The notes: generated from the sequence alone by a model not told the origin. DNA of 64,000 nt from Candidatus Danuiimicrobium aquiferis (GCA_001804285.1 MHFR01000037.1:149952-213951); one strand, 5' to 3'. Positions 35,203-45,383 are shown, counted from the stretch's first letter. Program-made: numbers and translations.

Positions 35203-35343
35203 GGTAAACTCGAGCACCCCCCTTTTTACTACATTCTTTAATTAAACATAAGAAATAAAAATGAATACTATTGCATTAATATATTGAAAAAGATAATTAA
35301 GCGCATAATATTATCTGTATAACCTTTTTTTATCCCCTAAGTA

Positions 35344-35372
35344 AGTATACACAGCATAAACTATCTTGTCAA
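35344..35372 (-). promoter_or_regulatory. Sigma70-type promoter for the giant gene
   Basis: Minus strand reads TTGACA-17 bp-TATACT in an AT-rich spacer, about 140 bp upstream of the ATG. A GGGGGGTG Shine-Dalgarno-like run precedes the start. Confidence 0.75.
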
Positions 35373-35436
35373 AAATTTTACTTGTTTTTTTAGCCCCATA
35401 ACCCGTTTGTTTAGAGTGGGTTATAGAAAATGTTCT

Positions 35437-38400
35437 CTACAAATGGACTTTCTTTTTGAGCAGATTTTTGAGATCTTCAAAATACAGGTAAAAATTAGGT
35501 ACAATAAACAATGTCAGGAATGTGGATGAAATAATTCCGCCAATCATAGTTAATGCCAAAGGCGCCCAAAGTTCACTTGATTCACTTTGCGAAAACGCCA
35601 TCGGCATAAAACCGATAATGGTCGATAAAGACGTAATCAGAATCGGCCGGAAGCGATCCCGGGCTGCTTTCACGAGCCGCTCTCGCACGTCCGGAATATC
35701 TTTTTTCAAATGATTGATCCGGTCAATTAAAATGATGGAACTATTAACAACATAGCCGACTAATATCACCATCCCGATGAAAACTTGCTCACTCAAATAT
35801 TTTCGTGAAAATGCTAAAATGGCCCACACACCGATAACGCCCAAGGGAATTGCCATCATAATCATCATCGGTTGGGTATAGGATTGATAAAGTGAAGCCA
35901 GCACCATATACACCAAAACGATTGACATCAGGACGCCAAGTGCAAGTTTCGATTTTCCTTTCATCAAGTCTTCGTAAGCTCCGCCAAATCGCCAAAAATA
36001 ATCTTTCGGAAATTTGATCCCCTTCAGGGTTTCTTTTAATTCCTTCGCAATCGCTTCCAGCGGACGCGTCACATCACCCTTCACATAAACATACCGGTAT
36101 TTATCTTTTCGATCGATGGTCTGGGGGCCGCGTGACGGAACCAATCCGGCGATTTGCGAAATTCTCACTTGCGTCCCGTCTTTCGGCGAAACAATATAAA
36201 TATTATTCAAGTCCTCAATTTTCTGCCTGTAAATCGGCTGGAGCCGTGTAATCGTTTCGATTTCGATCCCTTTTTTGAGTTCATGATATTTCGTCGGACG
36301 CATGCCCCGGACCTGCGCATGAATAGAATCCGCCACCTCCCGGACCGTCAGTCCATAAAACGCGGCTTTCGCCTTATCAATCACAACGCTGTATTCGGGG
36401 CGCTTCCGTAAATCCGTCATGACTAAATTCGTAAGTCCTTTAATCGAAGACATTTTTTGCGCCGCTTCATGCGCAAGCTTTTCAAGCGTGTCGTTTTCGA
36501 GCCCGAAAATATTCACGATCATTTTTTTCGACTCCTCGCTTGATGCGCCCTGATCTACGATCAGCGAATATTCATCGTGAATCTGTTTGATCATCTCTTC
36601 GCCTTTTTTCTTCACCTCATCCATAATTACTTCTTTGGCAACTTTCCGTTTTGCCCGCGGAACTAAACGGACGAAGAGGCGCAAATCATCCTTTTGAACG
36701 GTTGTGGAAATGAGCTCAACATCGGGATATTCATGCAAAAGTTCCTCGAGCTTGCGAGCCGCCTCATCATTCGCTTCCAGCTTAGCACCGGCCAAAGGAA
36801 ACACAACCAATTGAAACTCATTTTCTTCTAACTGAGACGGCAAATCCATCGGGAGGATTAAAAGGCGCCAAAGAGAGAACACTAGCAAAAGCACTGTCGC
36901 AATCAACACGGGATATCTGATTTTAAAACTTTTCGACAGCAGATTCGAATATTTTTGCTGCGCACTGCGCTTTTTTTCTTTTCGTTGCCCTATCATAAAA
37001 TTGATAAACTTCACTTTTCTCATTGCATTCAGTGTTTGTTGGTAATAACTTGAAAACGTCCCGAGAAGACCGGATTTCGCATCAAGTGCATTTGTTTTCA
37101 AGAGAAGCAACGGAACTAACATCACGGCACTCAACAACGCTATGATTAATGCGGAACAAACCGTAAAAATAAATCCCGCATAAGTTAAGCGAATCTGTTG
37201 ATCGACAATCACAATGGGAACAAAAACACAAAGGCTACAGAAAAGTGACGCCAAAAGCGGGACAAACATTTCCTCGGCACCGTTCACGATCGCTTCTTCA
37301 CGGGCAATTCCATCTTCTTGCTTCCTCACAATATTCTCAACTACTACGACAGCGCTATCGACCATAATTCCGATCGAGAGCGTAAGTCCGCTCAACGTCA
37401 TCACATTGATGCTGAATCCCAGGCGATCCATAAAAAAGAAAGTCGCAACAATAGAAACCGGAATCGTAGAAGTTACAATCAGGGAAATTAAGGTACGCCG
37501 CAAGCTAACATAAATGATTGCGAAAACAAGAATAATGGCAATCAGGAGCGAATCACGAACATCATTAATGGCCCGTTTAATCAATTTGGCTTTATCGGAA
37601 ATAATGATCGGGTGAAGATCCTCCTTCCGATCCATCATAAAACCCTGAATTGTTTTTTGCACTGCATCGCTGATTTGGATGGTATTCGCCGTGGATACTT
37701 TTTTGACATAGACAGAAACATTGGGACTCAAATTTAATCGCGCATAATCCTCCGGCTCCAGATATGCATCTTTAATCGTAGCAATTTCACTCAGGGGAAT
37801 AATCGAACCTTGCCTCGTCGCCTTCACACCAATCGAACCTATTTCATCAATGCTCGTAAACATGCCCATCGTTCGAATCGCAAAATCATATCCGCCGCGC
37901 TCGTAACTTCCGGCGAGCAACGCAACGTTGCTTGCCCCTATCACATCCATCACCCGTTCGATTGAAATATTGTAGGCAAACATTTTGTCACGATCCAGTT
38001 CGACCAGAATTTTCCTTTCCCGCCCTCCATAGACCTCAACACTTGCAACCCCGTTGACACGATCAAGAACAGGTTTAAGTTCCTGATCTATCATCGAACG
38101 GATATCCTCCGGCGACATGGTCTCAGAAACGATCGCGACAATTAAAACGGCTGAATCAGAATCTTGATAATTGGCAATCACCGGTTTTTCAATTTCCGAA
38201 GGAAGGAGACCTTTAACGCGGGAAAATTTCTCGCGAACTTCAAGCGCCGCAAATTTCATATCCGTCCCGACCTCAAACTCAAGCGTCACCCTGCTTTCGC
38301 TTTCGCGGGAATTTGAATACATGGTTTTCAGGTGGGAAACCGTCGAAACAGACTCCTCCACAAGCCGCGTAATCATTCGTTCCATTTCAAGCGGCGGCAA

Positions 38401-38562
38401 ACCACCGCGGGCACGAATAATGACGGAAATAATTCCGCGGCCGGAGCCTTGATATAATTCTATGGGAAGGAGATACAAGGAAATACATCCAAGCATCAGC
38501 AAGCAGGCGAAAATAACTGCCGTCAAAACCGGTTTCTTTGATGCGACTGTGGGTAATCCCAT
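35437..38562 (-). CDS. RND efflux transporter permease (AcrB/MdtB-like)
   Basis: 1041 aa with two large periplasmic halves. TM4 reads GIMVDSAVVVVENI; the C-terminal half has RFRPILITS and WAPLA...GG. Confidence 0.95.
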   Translation of the reverse strand: MGLPTVASKKPVLTAVIFACLLMLGCISLYLLPIELYQGSGRGIISVIIRARGGLPPLEMERMITRLVEESVSTVSHLKTMYSNSRESESRVTLEFEVGTDMKFAALEVREKFSRVKGLLPSEIEKPVIANYQDSDSAVLIVAIVSETMSPEDIRSMIDQELKPVLDRVNGVASVEVYGGRERKILVELDRDKMFAYNISIERVMDVIGASNVALLAGSYERGGYDFAIRTMGMFTSIDEIGSIGVKATRQGSIIPLSEIATIKDAYLEPEDYARLNLSPNVSVYVKKVSTANTIQISDAVQKTIQGFMMDRKEDLHPIIISDKAKLIKRAINDVRDSLLIAIILVFAIIYVSLRRTLISLIVTSTIPVSIVATFFFMDRLGFSINVMTLSGLTLSIGIMVDSAVVVVENIVRKQEDGIAREEAIVNGAEEMFVPLLASLFCSLCVFVPIVIVDQQIRLTYAGFIFTVCSALIIALLSAVMLVPLLLLKTNALDAKSGLLGTFSSYYQQTLNAMRKVKFINFMIGQRKEKKRSAQQKYSNLLSKSFKIRYPVLIATVLLLVFSLWRLLILPMDLPSQLEENEFQLVVFPLAGAKLEANDEAARKLEELLHEYPDVELISTTVQKDDLRLFVRLVPRAKRKVAKEVIMDEVKKKGEEMIKQIHDEYSLIVDQGASSEESKKMIVNIFGLENDTLEKLAHEAAQKMSSIKGLTNLVMTDLRKRPEYSVVIDKAKAAFYGLTVREVADSIHAQVRGMRPTKYHELKKGIEIETITRLQPIYRQKIEDLNNIYIVSPKDGTQVRISQIAGLVPSRGPQTIDRKDKYRYVYVKGDVTRPLEAIAKELKETLKGIKFPKDYFWRFGGAYEDLMKGKSKLALGVLMSIVLVYMVLASLYQSYTQPMMIMMAIPLGVIGVWAILAFSRKYLSEQVFIGMVILVGYVVNSSIILIDRINHLKKDIPDVRERLVKAARDRFRPILITSLSTIIGFMPMAFSQSESSELWAPLALTMIGGIISSTFLTLFIVPNFYLYFEDLKNLLKKKVHL

Positions 38563-38590
38563 CTTCCGGACCTACTTACGTTTAAATTTT

Positions 38591-38749
38591 GTATTTGTTT
38601 AGCGTTTTGAAGTGGCGGACACGGCCACTCGTGTCATGCCCGCATGTTTTAAGCGGGCATCCATAGTTTCTGGATTCCCGCTTTCGCGGGAATGACAGAA
38701 AAGTGGGCAATCCTTAACAGATAATCACTTCAAAGCGCTAAATAGACAC
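38591..38749. mobile_element. MITE-like element (TIR TATTTAGCGTTTTGAAGT) with a GTCATGCCCGC...GGGAATGAC REP core
   Basis: Left end gtatttgtttagcgttttgaagtg and right end cacttcaaagcgctaaatagacac are inverted repeats. Related copies lie at 42031, 46241 and 46457. Confidence 0.8.
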
Positions 38750-38783
38750 TTTAATTTTTTTGAAAACATTGGCTCATTACGCG

Positions 38784-41700
38784 CTATATTTGCTCCAGCT
38801 CCTGTTGTTCTTCAAAATAAAATAGCCTGTCGATTGCGCGTGTCAATAAAATGTAAAGTGAAGGAATAACGGTCAGGGTGCACACTGTGCCCCACGCATA
38901 TCCGCCGATCATCGTCACAGCGAGAGGCGCCTGAAGTTCAGACCCTTCACCGATTCCGAGGGCCAAGGGAATCAATCCCACAACGGCAGTTAACATACTC
39001 ATCGTAATGGCACGGAATCGGATGAACGACGCGTCCACACAAGCGCTCACTAATTCACTTCCTTCTCGGCGAGATTGATTAATAAAATCAATCAAAACAA
39101 TGGCGCTGTTTGTTCCCGTTCCGACCAAAATCAGAACGCCGAGAAGCGCGATGATGTTAATCGTCGTGCCGGACATCCAAAGCGCCATCGCCACGCCGAA
39201 GAGAGAAAACGGAACCGTTAAAATAATGATAAACGGATGAAGGAAAGACTCGAATTGAGCTGCCATCAGCATATAATTCAGGATAATTGCAAGGGTGGTC
39301 GCAAAATTTACCCGCTGGAATGATTCTTTGATTTCCCGCGCTTTTCCCACCAATTCAACCGTATATTCTTGCGTTAATTCAAGCTCATCAATAGCCTTTT
39401 GCGCTTGTAATAAAACATCTTTTTCCTTAAAACCCTTTTCAACCGCTGCGCTAATAGTAATCGTCCTCATTTGGTCTTTCCGCCGGATTTCGCTCGGGCC
39501 AAAACCCTGCGTGATCGTTCCGATTTCTTTCAGCATAACCGGAACTTCAAGCGAATGGCTCCGAACCAGCATGTCTCCGAGTTTTGACACATCCTGCCTG
39601 TCGTTTAACCGTAAACGAACGCGGACATCGATTTCGCGACCGCCTTCTTTATACTCCGTAGCAACAGTCCCTTCAATCGCCGCTTTCGAAGTTAGCGCAA
39701 CATCGCGCGCGGAAATCGCATAAAGAGCTGCTCGCTTGCGGTCAATTTCTACTTTGGTTTCAGGCGAAGGAGCTCCTAAATCACTCAGAACGTCCGCCGT
39801 TCCGGGAATCTCTCTGAGCATTTTTTCGACCCGATGTGAAAGGGTGGTTAATTTCCCCAAATCATAACCTTTCACTTCAATCATCACGGGTTTTCCGCCG
39901 CCTGCGGCAAATTCGAAATCGCTTTCCTGCAATACATATTCAATTTCTGCTTTTTCGATTCGATGGGCGTCAACAAGCTTCCGGAGTTCAGCAACAACGG
40001 CAGATGAGGGCCGCCTCCGCTCTTTCTTGAGCTTGATCATAATAAGCGCTTGATGAGACCGTAAACTCGAAACATTCACATCCCCAATCTTTGAAGATTG
40101 GGCAGATCCGATTGTGACTTGAATATTTTCCACCTCAGGAATTCGATTGACTTCCTGCTCAATAATCTTTGCCACTTCATCCGTTGTTTCGATCCGGCTT
40201 CCGACCGGCAGGTTCACCTTCACCATAAATTGCCCCTGGTCAACCCTTGGAACAATTTCGGTGTCCAATCCGCGTAAAATCAAAAGCGCTACAATGAAGA
40301 AACCGATTCCAATCCCGACGATTCCACGGAATAAACGGTTTTGTTTCTTACGATCAAGGTTTAAAATATAATTTTTGATTTTATTTTTGTCGATTTTGAC
40401 CGGCATTTTGAGCGCTGAAGGCTTGGGCGGCGCAATAAACACGGAAAGCATCGGAACGAGCGTCATCGAGACCACAAACGCAATCACCGTCGTATAAATA
40501 ACGGCCCATGATAAGTCCTGAAAAAGTTGACCAGCCACCCCCGGAACGAATAAAATCATCGGAAAGAAAACAGCAATGGTCGTCGCTGAACCTGTAAAAA
40601 TGGGCCAAAAAAGGTCGCTCGCCCCTTCAACGGCTGCTTCGCGGGCATCCTTTCCCTGCTCTCGTAAACGGAAAATATTTTCAATGACGCAAATTCCGTT
40701 ATCAATGACAGAACTTCCGCCGAGAGCCAATCCGAAAAGAGACATCATGTTAAGGGTAATGCCCTGGAGCTGAAAAAAGAAAAAGGTTCCGACCACCGAA
40801 ATCGGAATCGAAACAGCAACAATAAGCGCGCACGTCCAGTCCCAAAAGAAAAGAAATAAAACAATGGCAGCAAGAATTCCTCCTTGAATAGAGGAATCGC
40901 GCACGTTCGCAATCGCCTGTTTAATGAATTTTGATTGGTCATAGACCATTTCAACGGTAATCCCGCGCGAATCTAAATCGTCTTGCAGGAATTCGAGTTC
41001 CTCTTTGACCCGATCCACCACTTGAACGGTGTTGGCGGACCCTTGTTTCTGAATCGTCAATGAAATATTCTCTTTACCGTTATAGCGTGAAATGGTTGTT
41101 TTTTCATGAAAGCCATCTACGATTTCTGCAATATCGCCGACCATCACAAGGCGTCTATCACCGGAGTTTTTAGACCGTTCCTCTCGCAAGGAATCAATGG
41201 TTGACCGGATTCCTTCATCGCCTTTTTCCATAAAGGTATCCGTCTGCCGCTGAAGTTTCTTTTGAACATCGGTTGTGATGACCGTATATGCAATCTCTCG
41301 AACCGAACGAAACTCTCCGACCGTTCGAATCAAAAACTCATAAAGACCTTTCTTAATCCCGCCTGCCGGATAGGAAACATTGGCATTATCAATGGCATCA
41401 ATCACTTCCAAGATAGACACTTCCGCATTTCGCAGCCCGCCCTGATCCAATTCAACTTGAATTTCCCGGTCCAAACCGCCCGACACGCGGACAGAAGCGA
41501 CCCCTTCCACCTTCTCCAAGTTTTCTTTTAAAATTTGATCGGCCATTTGTTTCAATTCGGAAGGCGCGGCTTTCCCGGTAATCGACAACATCATCACAGG
41601 CTTCGCGAGCGGATCAAACTTCAAAACAATCGGGTCTTCCGCTTCTTTTGGCAGACGTTCTTTGACAAGATCAATTTTTTCGCGGACAGCGAGCGCGGCG

Positions 41701-42008
41701 AAATCCACATTTTCGTTCCATCCAAACGTCGCAAAAATCGTGCTCACTCCTTCTTGCGACATCGATTCTAAGCGCCGTAGACCGCTCGTAGAACTGATCG
41801 CCTCTTCGAGCGGCCGTGTAATCAGAGTCTCAATTTCTTCCGGTGCCGCGTTCACATAATTGCTCACGACCGTGATTTGCGGAAATGAAATTTTGGGAAA
41901 AAGTTCCTGTGGCAGGGACGTAAGAGCAATAATTCCCATAAATACAATCGCCGCCATCAGCATGATGGTCGTCACCCTGCGGTCGATTGAAAATTGCGGG
42001 ATATTCAT
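38784..42008 (-). CDS. RND efflux transporter permease (second paralog)
   Basis: 1074 aa with N-terminus MNIPQFSIDRRVT..ELFPKISFP, plus IDNGICVIENI, AAQFESFLHP and GEGSELQAPLA. Confidence 0.95.
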   Translation of the reverse strand: MNIPQFSIDRRVTTIMLMAAIVFMGIIALTSLPQELFPKISFPQITVVSNYVNAAPEEIETLITRPLEEAISSTSGLRRLESMSQEGVSTIFATFGWNENVDFAALAVREKIDLVKERLPKEAEDPIVLKFDPLAKPVMMLSITGKAAPSELKQMADQILKENLEKVEGVASVRVSGGLDREIQVELDQGGLRNAEVSILEVIDAIDNANVSYPAGGIKKGLYEFLIRTVGEFRSVREIAYTVITTDVQKKLQRQTDTFMEKGDEGIRSTIDSLREERSKNSGDRRLVMVGDIAEIVDGFHEKTTISRYNGKENISLTIQKQGSANTVQVVDRVKEELEFLQDDLDSRGITVEMVYDQSKFIKQAIANVRDSSIQGGILAAIVLFLFFWDWTCALIVAVSIPISVVGTFFFFQLQGITLNMMSLFGLALGGSSVIDNGICVIENIFRLREQGKDAREAAVEGASDLFWPIFTGSATTIAVFFPMILFVPGVAGQLFQDLSWAVIYTTVIAFVVSMTLVPMLSVFIAPPKPSALKMPVKIDKNKIKNYILNLDRKKQNRLFRGIVGIGIGFFIVALLILRGLDTEIVPRVDQGQFMVKVNLPVGSRIETTDEVAKIIEQEVNRIPEVENIQVTIGSAQSSKIGDVNVSSLRSHQALIMIKLKKERRRPSSAVVAELRKLVDAHRIEKAEIEYVLQESDFEFAAGGGKPVMIEVKGYDLGKLTTLSHRVEKMLREIPGTADVLSDLGAPSPETKVEIDRKRAALYAISARDVALTSKAAIEGTVATEYKEGGREIDVRVRLRLNDRQDVSKLGDMLVRSHSLEVPVMLKEIGTITQGFGPSEIRRKDQMRTITISAAVEKGFKEKDVLLQAQKAIDELELTQEYTVELVGKAREIKESFQRVNFATTLAIILNYMLMAAQFESFLHPFIIILTVPFSLFGVAMALWMSGTTINIIALLGVLILVGTGTNSAIVLIDFINQSRREGSELVSACVDASFIRFRAITMSMLTAVVGLIPLALGIGEGSELQAPLAVTMIGGYAWGTVCTLTVIPSLYILLTRAIDRLFYFEEQQELEQI

Positions 42009-42030
42009 TTCATGTCACTCCAAACTTTAT

Positions 42031-42134
42031 TATTTAGCGTTTTGAAGTTACTAACAAATTCCCCTCACCCTAACCCTCTCCCTGAGGGAGAGGGTTAGGG
42101 TGAGGGGCGATAGTCAACTCCAGAATACTAAATA
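42031..42134. mobile_element. MITE-like element with a CCCTCACCCTAACCCTCTCCC hairpin core
   Basis: Same TIR (tatttagcgttttgaagt ... actccagaatactaaata) around a perfect hairpin cccctcaccctaaccctctccc-tga-gggagagggttagggtgagggg. Confidence 0.8.
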
Positions 42135-42224
42135 GATGCATCGCTTCTACGAAATACCGTGAGGATAGAGAAAATTGTTTTATTCTGCGGTAACAAATGG
42201 GTGGGAGGGGAAAACTATCATACA

Positions 42225-43463
42225 TTAGAGCTCCGCCTCTTGAACTTCAATAATCTTGACCTTCGAACCCTCCTCCAGCCGCTCAAACCCTGACACAGCG
42301 ATGATATCACCTTCTTGAAGGCCTGAATCAATCTGCGAATAAGCCGCTTGCGTATACCCCACCACCACGGGCGCTTTGTGCGCTACTTTTTCTTTGTCAT
42401 CTATGATAAAAACAGACTGCTCGTTTTCTTTTCCTTGCAAAGCATCATTGGGAACCACAAGGGTATTTTTCTTTTGATAAAGGAGAATTTTAATACGCGC
42501 GAACATACCGGGAAGCAGCAAGTTTTCGGGATTTTCGATCCGGACTTTCACATCAGCCGTACGGGAAGTTCCCACGATCACCGGCGCAACATTTTCGACA
42601 ATACCTTCAAACACCTTGTCGGGATAGGAATCGACAAACACCTTCGCTTTTTGCCCTAACGATATTTTGTTAATGTCGCGCTCCGTCACGCCAAACTGGG
42701 CCAATACACGCTCCGTCGACACATGAGAACCTATCAAGGTATTGGGCGTAACCGTTTCACCCTCTTCAATATTCAATTGTCCGATCGTGCCCGTACTGGG
42801 CGCATACAGATTGGATTTTTCCAGCATCGCTTCGTTGGCTTTCACTTCTAACGAATTGGATTCCGCCTCGTATTTTGCCTGATCCATTTCATATTTCACT
42901 TTATCGAGAGTCGATTGAGGAATCGCACCCAGTTTAAATAAAATTTCATGCTCTCTCGTCTTGTCTTGCGCGATTTTCAAAGCGGCTCCGGCTTTCTGAA
43001 ATTGCGCTTGGGAACGTTGAAGGCGCAGCAAAATATCATCCTGGCGCAAAGACACCAACAGAGCTCCTTCCTCATATTTCTCTCCTTCGCGATAATTAAT
43101 CGCGCTCACCACTCCGGGAATTTCAAAACTTAATTTGAATTCAACAGACCCTTTAATCGTTCCGAGAGCATTCAAAGAATCTTCAAAATTAAACCTGCCA
43201 ACTTTGTACGCCGTAATCGCAATACGCTCTTCCTTTGCCCCCACCGCAACCGCATCTTCTTTGACTGCTTTCCCTTTTGGAAAAAATGCCTGCCGGATCA
43301 CTACAAGGCCTACGATAATGACAACAATAATGATCAGCCACCGAAGGTGGCCATGTGAATGCCCTGGTTTTTGTTTTTTAGATAATTTGATGCCGATTTT
43401 ATCCGGAGGTTTTATTCCACTTAATGGCGTTACCGGCTCTTTTTTCATCTCGTTTGGATCCAT
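42225..43463 (-). CDS. RND periplasmic adaptor (membrane fusion protein)
   Basis: 412 aa with an N-terminal TM, lipoyl halves (LSFEIPGVV; LYAPSTGTI), an alpha-hairpin and LLPGMFARI. Confidence 0.95.
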   Translation of the reverse strand: MDPNEMKKEPVTPLSGIKPPDKIGIKLSKKQKPGHSHGHLRWLIIIVVIIVGLVVIRQAFFPKGKAVKEDAVAVGAKEERIAITAYKVGRFNFEDSLNALGTIKGSVEFKLSFEIPGVVSAINYREGEKYEEGALLVSLRQDDILLRLQRSQAQFQKAGAALKIAQDKTREHEILFKLGAIPQSTLDKVKYEMDQAKYEAESNSLEVKANEAMLEKSNLYAPSTGTIGQLNIEEGETVTPNTLIGSHVSTERVLAQFGVTERDINKISLGQKAKVFVDSYPDKVFEGIVENVAPVIVGTSRTADVKVRIENPENLLLPGMFARIKILLYQKKNTLVVPNDALQGKENEQSVFIIDDKEKVAHKAPVVVGYTQAAYSQIDSGLQEGDIIAVSGFERLEEGSKVKIIEVQEAEL

Positions 43464-43583
43464 AACGACCTTCGTCCGACTGTTTTTTTCAGCTTTGGTA
43501 CTGCTTATAAATAAATTATGACCTACGAAAACTATAATTGCAAACTTTATAAATGTTTTTTTAATGTTGAATTGATTATCTGC

Positions 43584-45383
43584 TTATAATGAAGATATTG
43601 GTATGTAATCTCTTAAGCCAATGGCCTTGTTTAATTTAGCCTTAGACAGGAAGAATTCAGAAAGGGCCTTATAAACCAACCCTCGCTCCTCCTTAAAACT
43701 CATTTCCGCCTGCAGATATTCTGATATTTGAATCTCATTGTTTTCAAGCCGATGCTTCGATACTTGGGCAAGGCGTTCCCGGTAATCCATCCTCTTATAA
43801 GATGACTCAACCTGAATGAGTGACTTATTAAAATTAAAAAAGGCTTCCTTCACATCGCGCAGCGCTTCTCTTTCCGCTTTCTCAAGTTCTACCACCTGTT
43901 CGAGTGAATTAATTTGAGCTTCCTTTAAATTGCTAAACGATTCCAAATCATCCAATATTCCGACTGAGAATGAATTGCTAATAATATGCGTGTAATTGCT
44001 CTGTTGGAACTGGCTCACAGATGGTGCACGCTCGTCATTATCGAAGGTATATTTAAATGTATTTCCCTCAAGCGGCCATGTCACTTCTATCCCAATCCTG
44101 GCTTCGGGATTCTTTATATGCTTTTTATCTTCACTCCTGTATGCCTCCCCTAATTTTCCATATTCAACAATCAAATCGGCTTGCGGCAATTTTTTGCCGA
44201 GAGTGACGCGATAGGCATAATGGGTGGCTTTCAATTTTGCGGCCTGAACCTGTAAATCAGGGCGATGTTCATACGCCAAATCCACGAACGTATCCAAACT
44301 TTTCTGGAAATCATCCGGTTTTGAAAGATTGGCTTTTTCTTTTTCCTTCTTGAACTCGTTTACATCCAAGGCATTAATATCATATAACGTTTTTACTTCG
44401 ATCGGATCCGACATGGAAAGATCTAAGAACTTCTGTAATTCCAGCCGGGCGATTTCAATCTCTTGGTTCGCTGTTTCCAAGTCATACTGCCCCTGGCTAT
44501 AAAGAGAATCAGTATTCAGCTTCTCAATTTCCGAGGTGAGTTTAGCTTCATACTTCTTGTCGGAAATATTCTTTTGTCCTTTGGCCAGTTCGAAAAGTTT
44601 CACACGGTCATATTTAACGTTGAGCGCTCTTTCGTATTCAAAATATGCCTGTGACACATCCGAAATCAAATCCGAAACTGCTTTATCGTATTCACGCTTT
44701 GCCACTTCAAGATTCGTCTGCTCGAGCATCAATGTATTCCAAATGACACCGCCCCGAAAAATGGGCTGCTTTAATTTCATCCGCCAGCTATCGGATGCAT
44801 AATCCAAACCGGACAATGGGCCGTGTTTCATTTCCCCTTCCATACGGAGCTCCGGAAAAAAATCGCGGATGGCTTTCGCCATGCGGAACTTGGCGAGGCT
44901 GATTCGTTCACTCGCGATTTTAGCGGGAACGTGTACTTGAATCGCCCTGTCAACCACCTCGGCAAGGGTTTTGTCGCGTTCTTCAAGAAACTTCATCCGG
45001 GCAAGAACGGTGTCTTCGTTGATCATGTGTTTAATGTGGGTCCATGTCAGGTACTTAAACTGCGTTTTCCGCTCGCTTTGGAATCGTTTGACTTCGGCCT
45101 TAATTTGCGCTTTATCGGGAGAGATACCCACCACCTGCTTATTTTCCTGTGCGGCGAGTCTGGGATCGACGGCTTCCAATGCCTGCATTAATGCCTGTTC
45201 GCGCTGCTGTTCTATTTTGCGCTCATCATCGGAAGTTGAAAATCGAGGTTGAACCATTTGAGCAGAAACGCTTGTCATTTGAATGACGAAAAACAAAGTC
45301 ACAAACAATGCTATGAGTTTTTTCACAGAGACCATCATTTCGTCAACAATATCGCTCCTGCATAGGATCGATGGTTTAATCAT
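43584..45383 (-). CDS. TolC-family outer membrane protein (true start probably the ATG at 45338 or 45335)
   Basis: Signal peptide MVSVKKLIALF...VSA-Q and two OEP repeats (RDFFPELR..QPIFRGG; HRPDLQ..KKLPQADL..TWPL). Confidence 0.9.
   Translation of the reverse strand: MIKPSILCRSDIVDEMMVSVKKLIALFVTLFFVIQMTSVSAQMVQPRFSTSDDERKIEQQREQALMQALEAVDPRLAAQENKQVVGISPDKAQIKAEVKRFQSERKTQFKYLTWTHIKHMINEDTVLARMKFLEERDKTLAEVVDRAIQVHVPAKIASERISLAKFRMAKAIRDFFPELRMEGEMKHGPLSGLDYASDSWRMKLKQPIFRGGVIWNTLMLEQTNLEVAKREYDKAVSDLISDVSQAYFEYERALNVKYDRVKLFELAKGQKNISDKKYEAKLTSEIEKLNTDSLYSQGQYDLETANQEIEIARLELQKFLDLSMSDPIEVKTLYDINALDVNEFKKEKEKANLSKPDDFQKSLDTFVDLAYEHRPDLQVQAAKLKATHYAYRVTLGKKLPQADLIVEYGKLGEAYRSEDKKHIKNPEARIGIEVTWPLEGNTFKYTFDNDERAPSVSQFQQSNYTHIISNSFSVGILDDLESFSNLKEAQINSLEQVVELEKAEREALRDVKEAFFNFNKSLIQVESSYKRMDYRERLAQVSKHRLENNEIQISEYLQAEMSFKEERGLVYKALSEFFLSKAKLNKAIGLRDYIPISSL

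Noticed and set aside
1-35202. Alternative genetic code or pseudogene desert as the explanation for the missing long ORFs
   Set aside because: The standard code already gives an open frame, and housekeeping genes here end in TGA, TAA and TAG normally.
29-35245. Over a hundred short ORFs in the ORF track, mostly on the plus strand
   Set aside because: They overlap the giant minus-strand frame, lack recognisable motifs and read as antisense or off-frame shadows.
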